Source of the DNA: Azolla caroliniana
Lineage: Eukaryota; Plantae; Polypodiophyta
NCBI GenBank assembly: GCA_043228905.1
Contig: JBHGNT010000011.1
Coordinates: 930,001-994,000 of the forward strand
Reading direction: 5' to 3'
DNA: 64,000 nt
The notes below the pieces were generated by a model. The model saw only the letters and a list, made by a program, of their open reading frames with translations, was not told where the DNA came from and searched no databases. Position numbers and translations under genes: made by a program. Shown piece after piece: positions 63,534 through 64,000 of this stretch (within the stretch, counting starts at the first letter, position 1; each line of letters opens with the position of its first letter).

Positions 63534-63585
63534 CATGGCACGCCCGTGGGACAGTACCTTGTACGTCGAACCCTTCTCGGCCCCT

Positions 63586-63999
63586 TCATTGTTCACCCAA
63601 ATTGTCCAAAATACTTTGTTCCAGAGTTTCCAATTGTTCTTCCGGTTGTGGTTGTTGCGGCTGTGCTTGCTGCTGCTGCTGTGGTTGCGGTTGGGACTGA
63701 GACTGCTCCGGCTGCTCTATAGGCGACTGCTCCGTTTGTTTCTCTGACTCCGGCATCTCCGTTTGACTGTTTCCGGTCCGGTCTCCTTCCAGTAACAGTT
63801 CCTCATCACTGAGGTTGACCGTAAACGGTTCTCGTTCTTTCTCTTCCCGGATCCGGGACCTCTCGTAGCTTTCAAACTGGATCTGCGCCTCCAGCCTGTC
63901 GTCATCCAGCTGAGCTACAAGTTGCCGGACTTGCCCTAGTTGGTCCTCTGCCAGGGCTTGAAAGTCTTCGGCCAGCTCATCTCTTATGCCGGTGAAGTC
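63586..63999 (-). CDS. 3' part of an antisense accessory ORF (coiled coil, Q/E/P-rich tail) of the Tat-like element
   Basis: 137 uninterrupted codons from the window edge: DFTGIRDELAEDFQALAEDQLGQVRQLVAQLDDDRLEAQ...QPQPQQQQQAQ...ILDNLGEQ*. Confidence 0.55.
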   Translation of the reverse strand, partial: DFTGIRDELAEDFQALAEDQLGQVRQLVAQLDDDRLEAQIQFESYERSRIREEKEREPFTVNLSDEELLLEGDRTGNSQTEMPESEKQTEQSPIEQPEQSQSQPQPQQQQQAQPQQPQPEEQLETLEQSILDNLGEQ

Positions 64000-64000
64000 T

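Overview
Eukaryotic, heterochromatin-like window made mostly of nested, degenerate transposons; the repertoire suggests a non-seed land plant such as a moss (inference). It holds several Ty3/gypsy copies of a tRNA-Trp-primed lineage with apparent 4-bp TSDs, two full-length and four partial Ty1/copia elements, Tat/Athila-like fragments, hAT, LINE and Tc1/mariner remnants, and one probable host gene (41869-42642, minus). The main result is a TIR DNA transposon at 6788-23126 (33-bp TIRs, AAGA TSD, about 7.5-7.9 kb once two nested insertions are removed). It carries two divergent genes. One is a Sola1-like DDD transposase with a C-terminal BAH/Tudor-like domain. The other is an intron-containing gene fusing a ParB/Srx-like domain to a complete beta-class N6-adenine/N4-cytosine DNA methyltransferase. 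This copy is a pseudogene. Secondary results are a conserved -1 frameshift site with a pseudoknot after the protease in three gypsy copies, a tRNA-Lys-like Pol III module inside a gypsy LTR, a conserved hairpin around the copia PPT, and an antisense ORF next to a tRNA-Arg PBS. All family and domain calls come from motif recognition by eye; no database searches were run.
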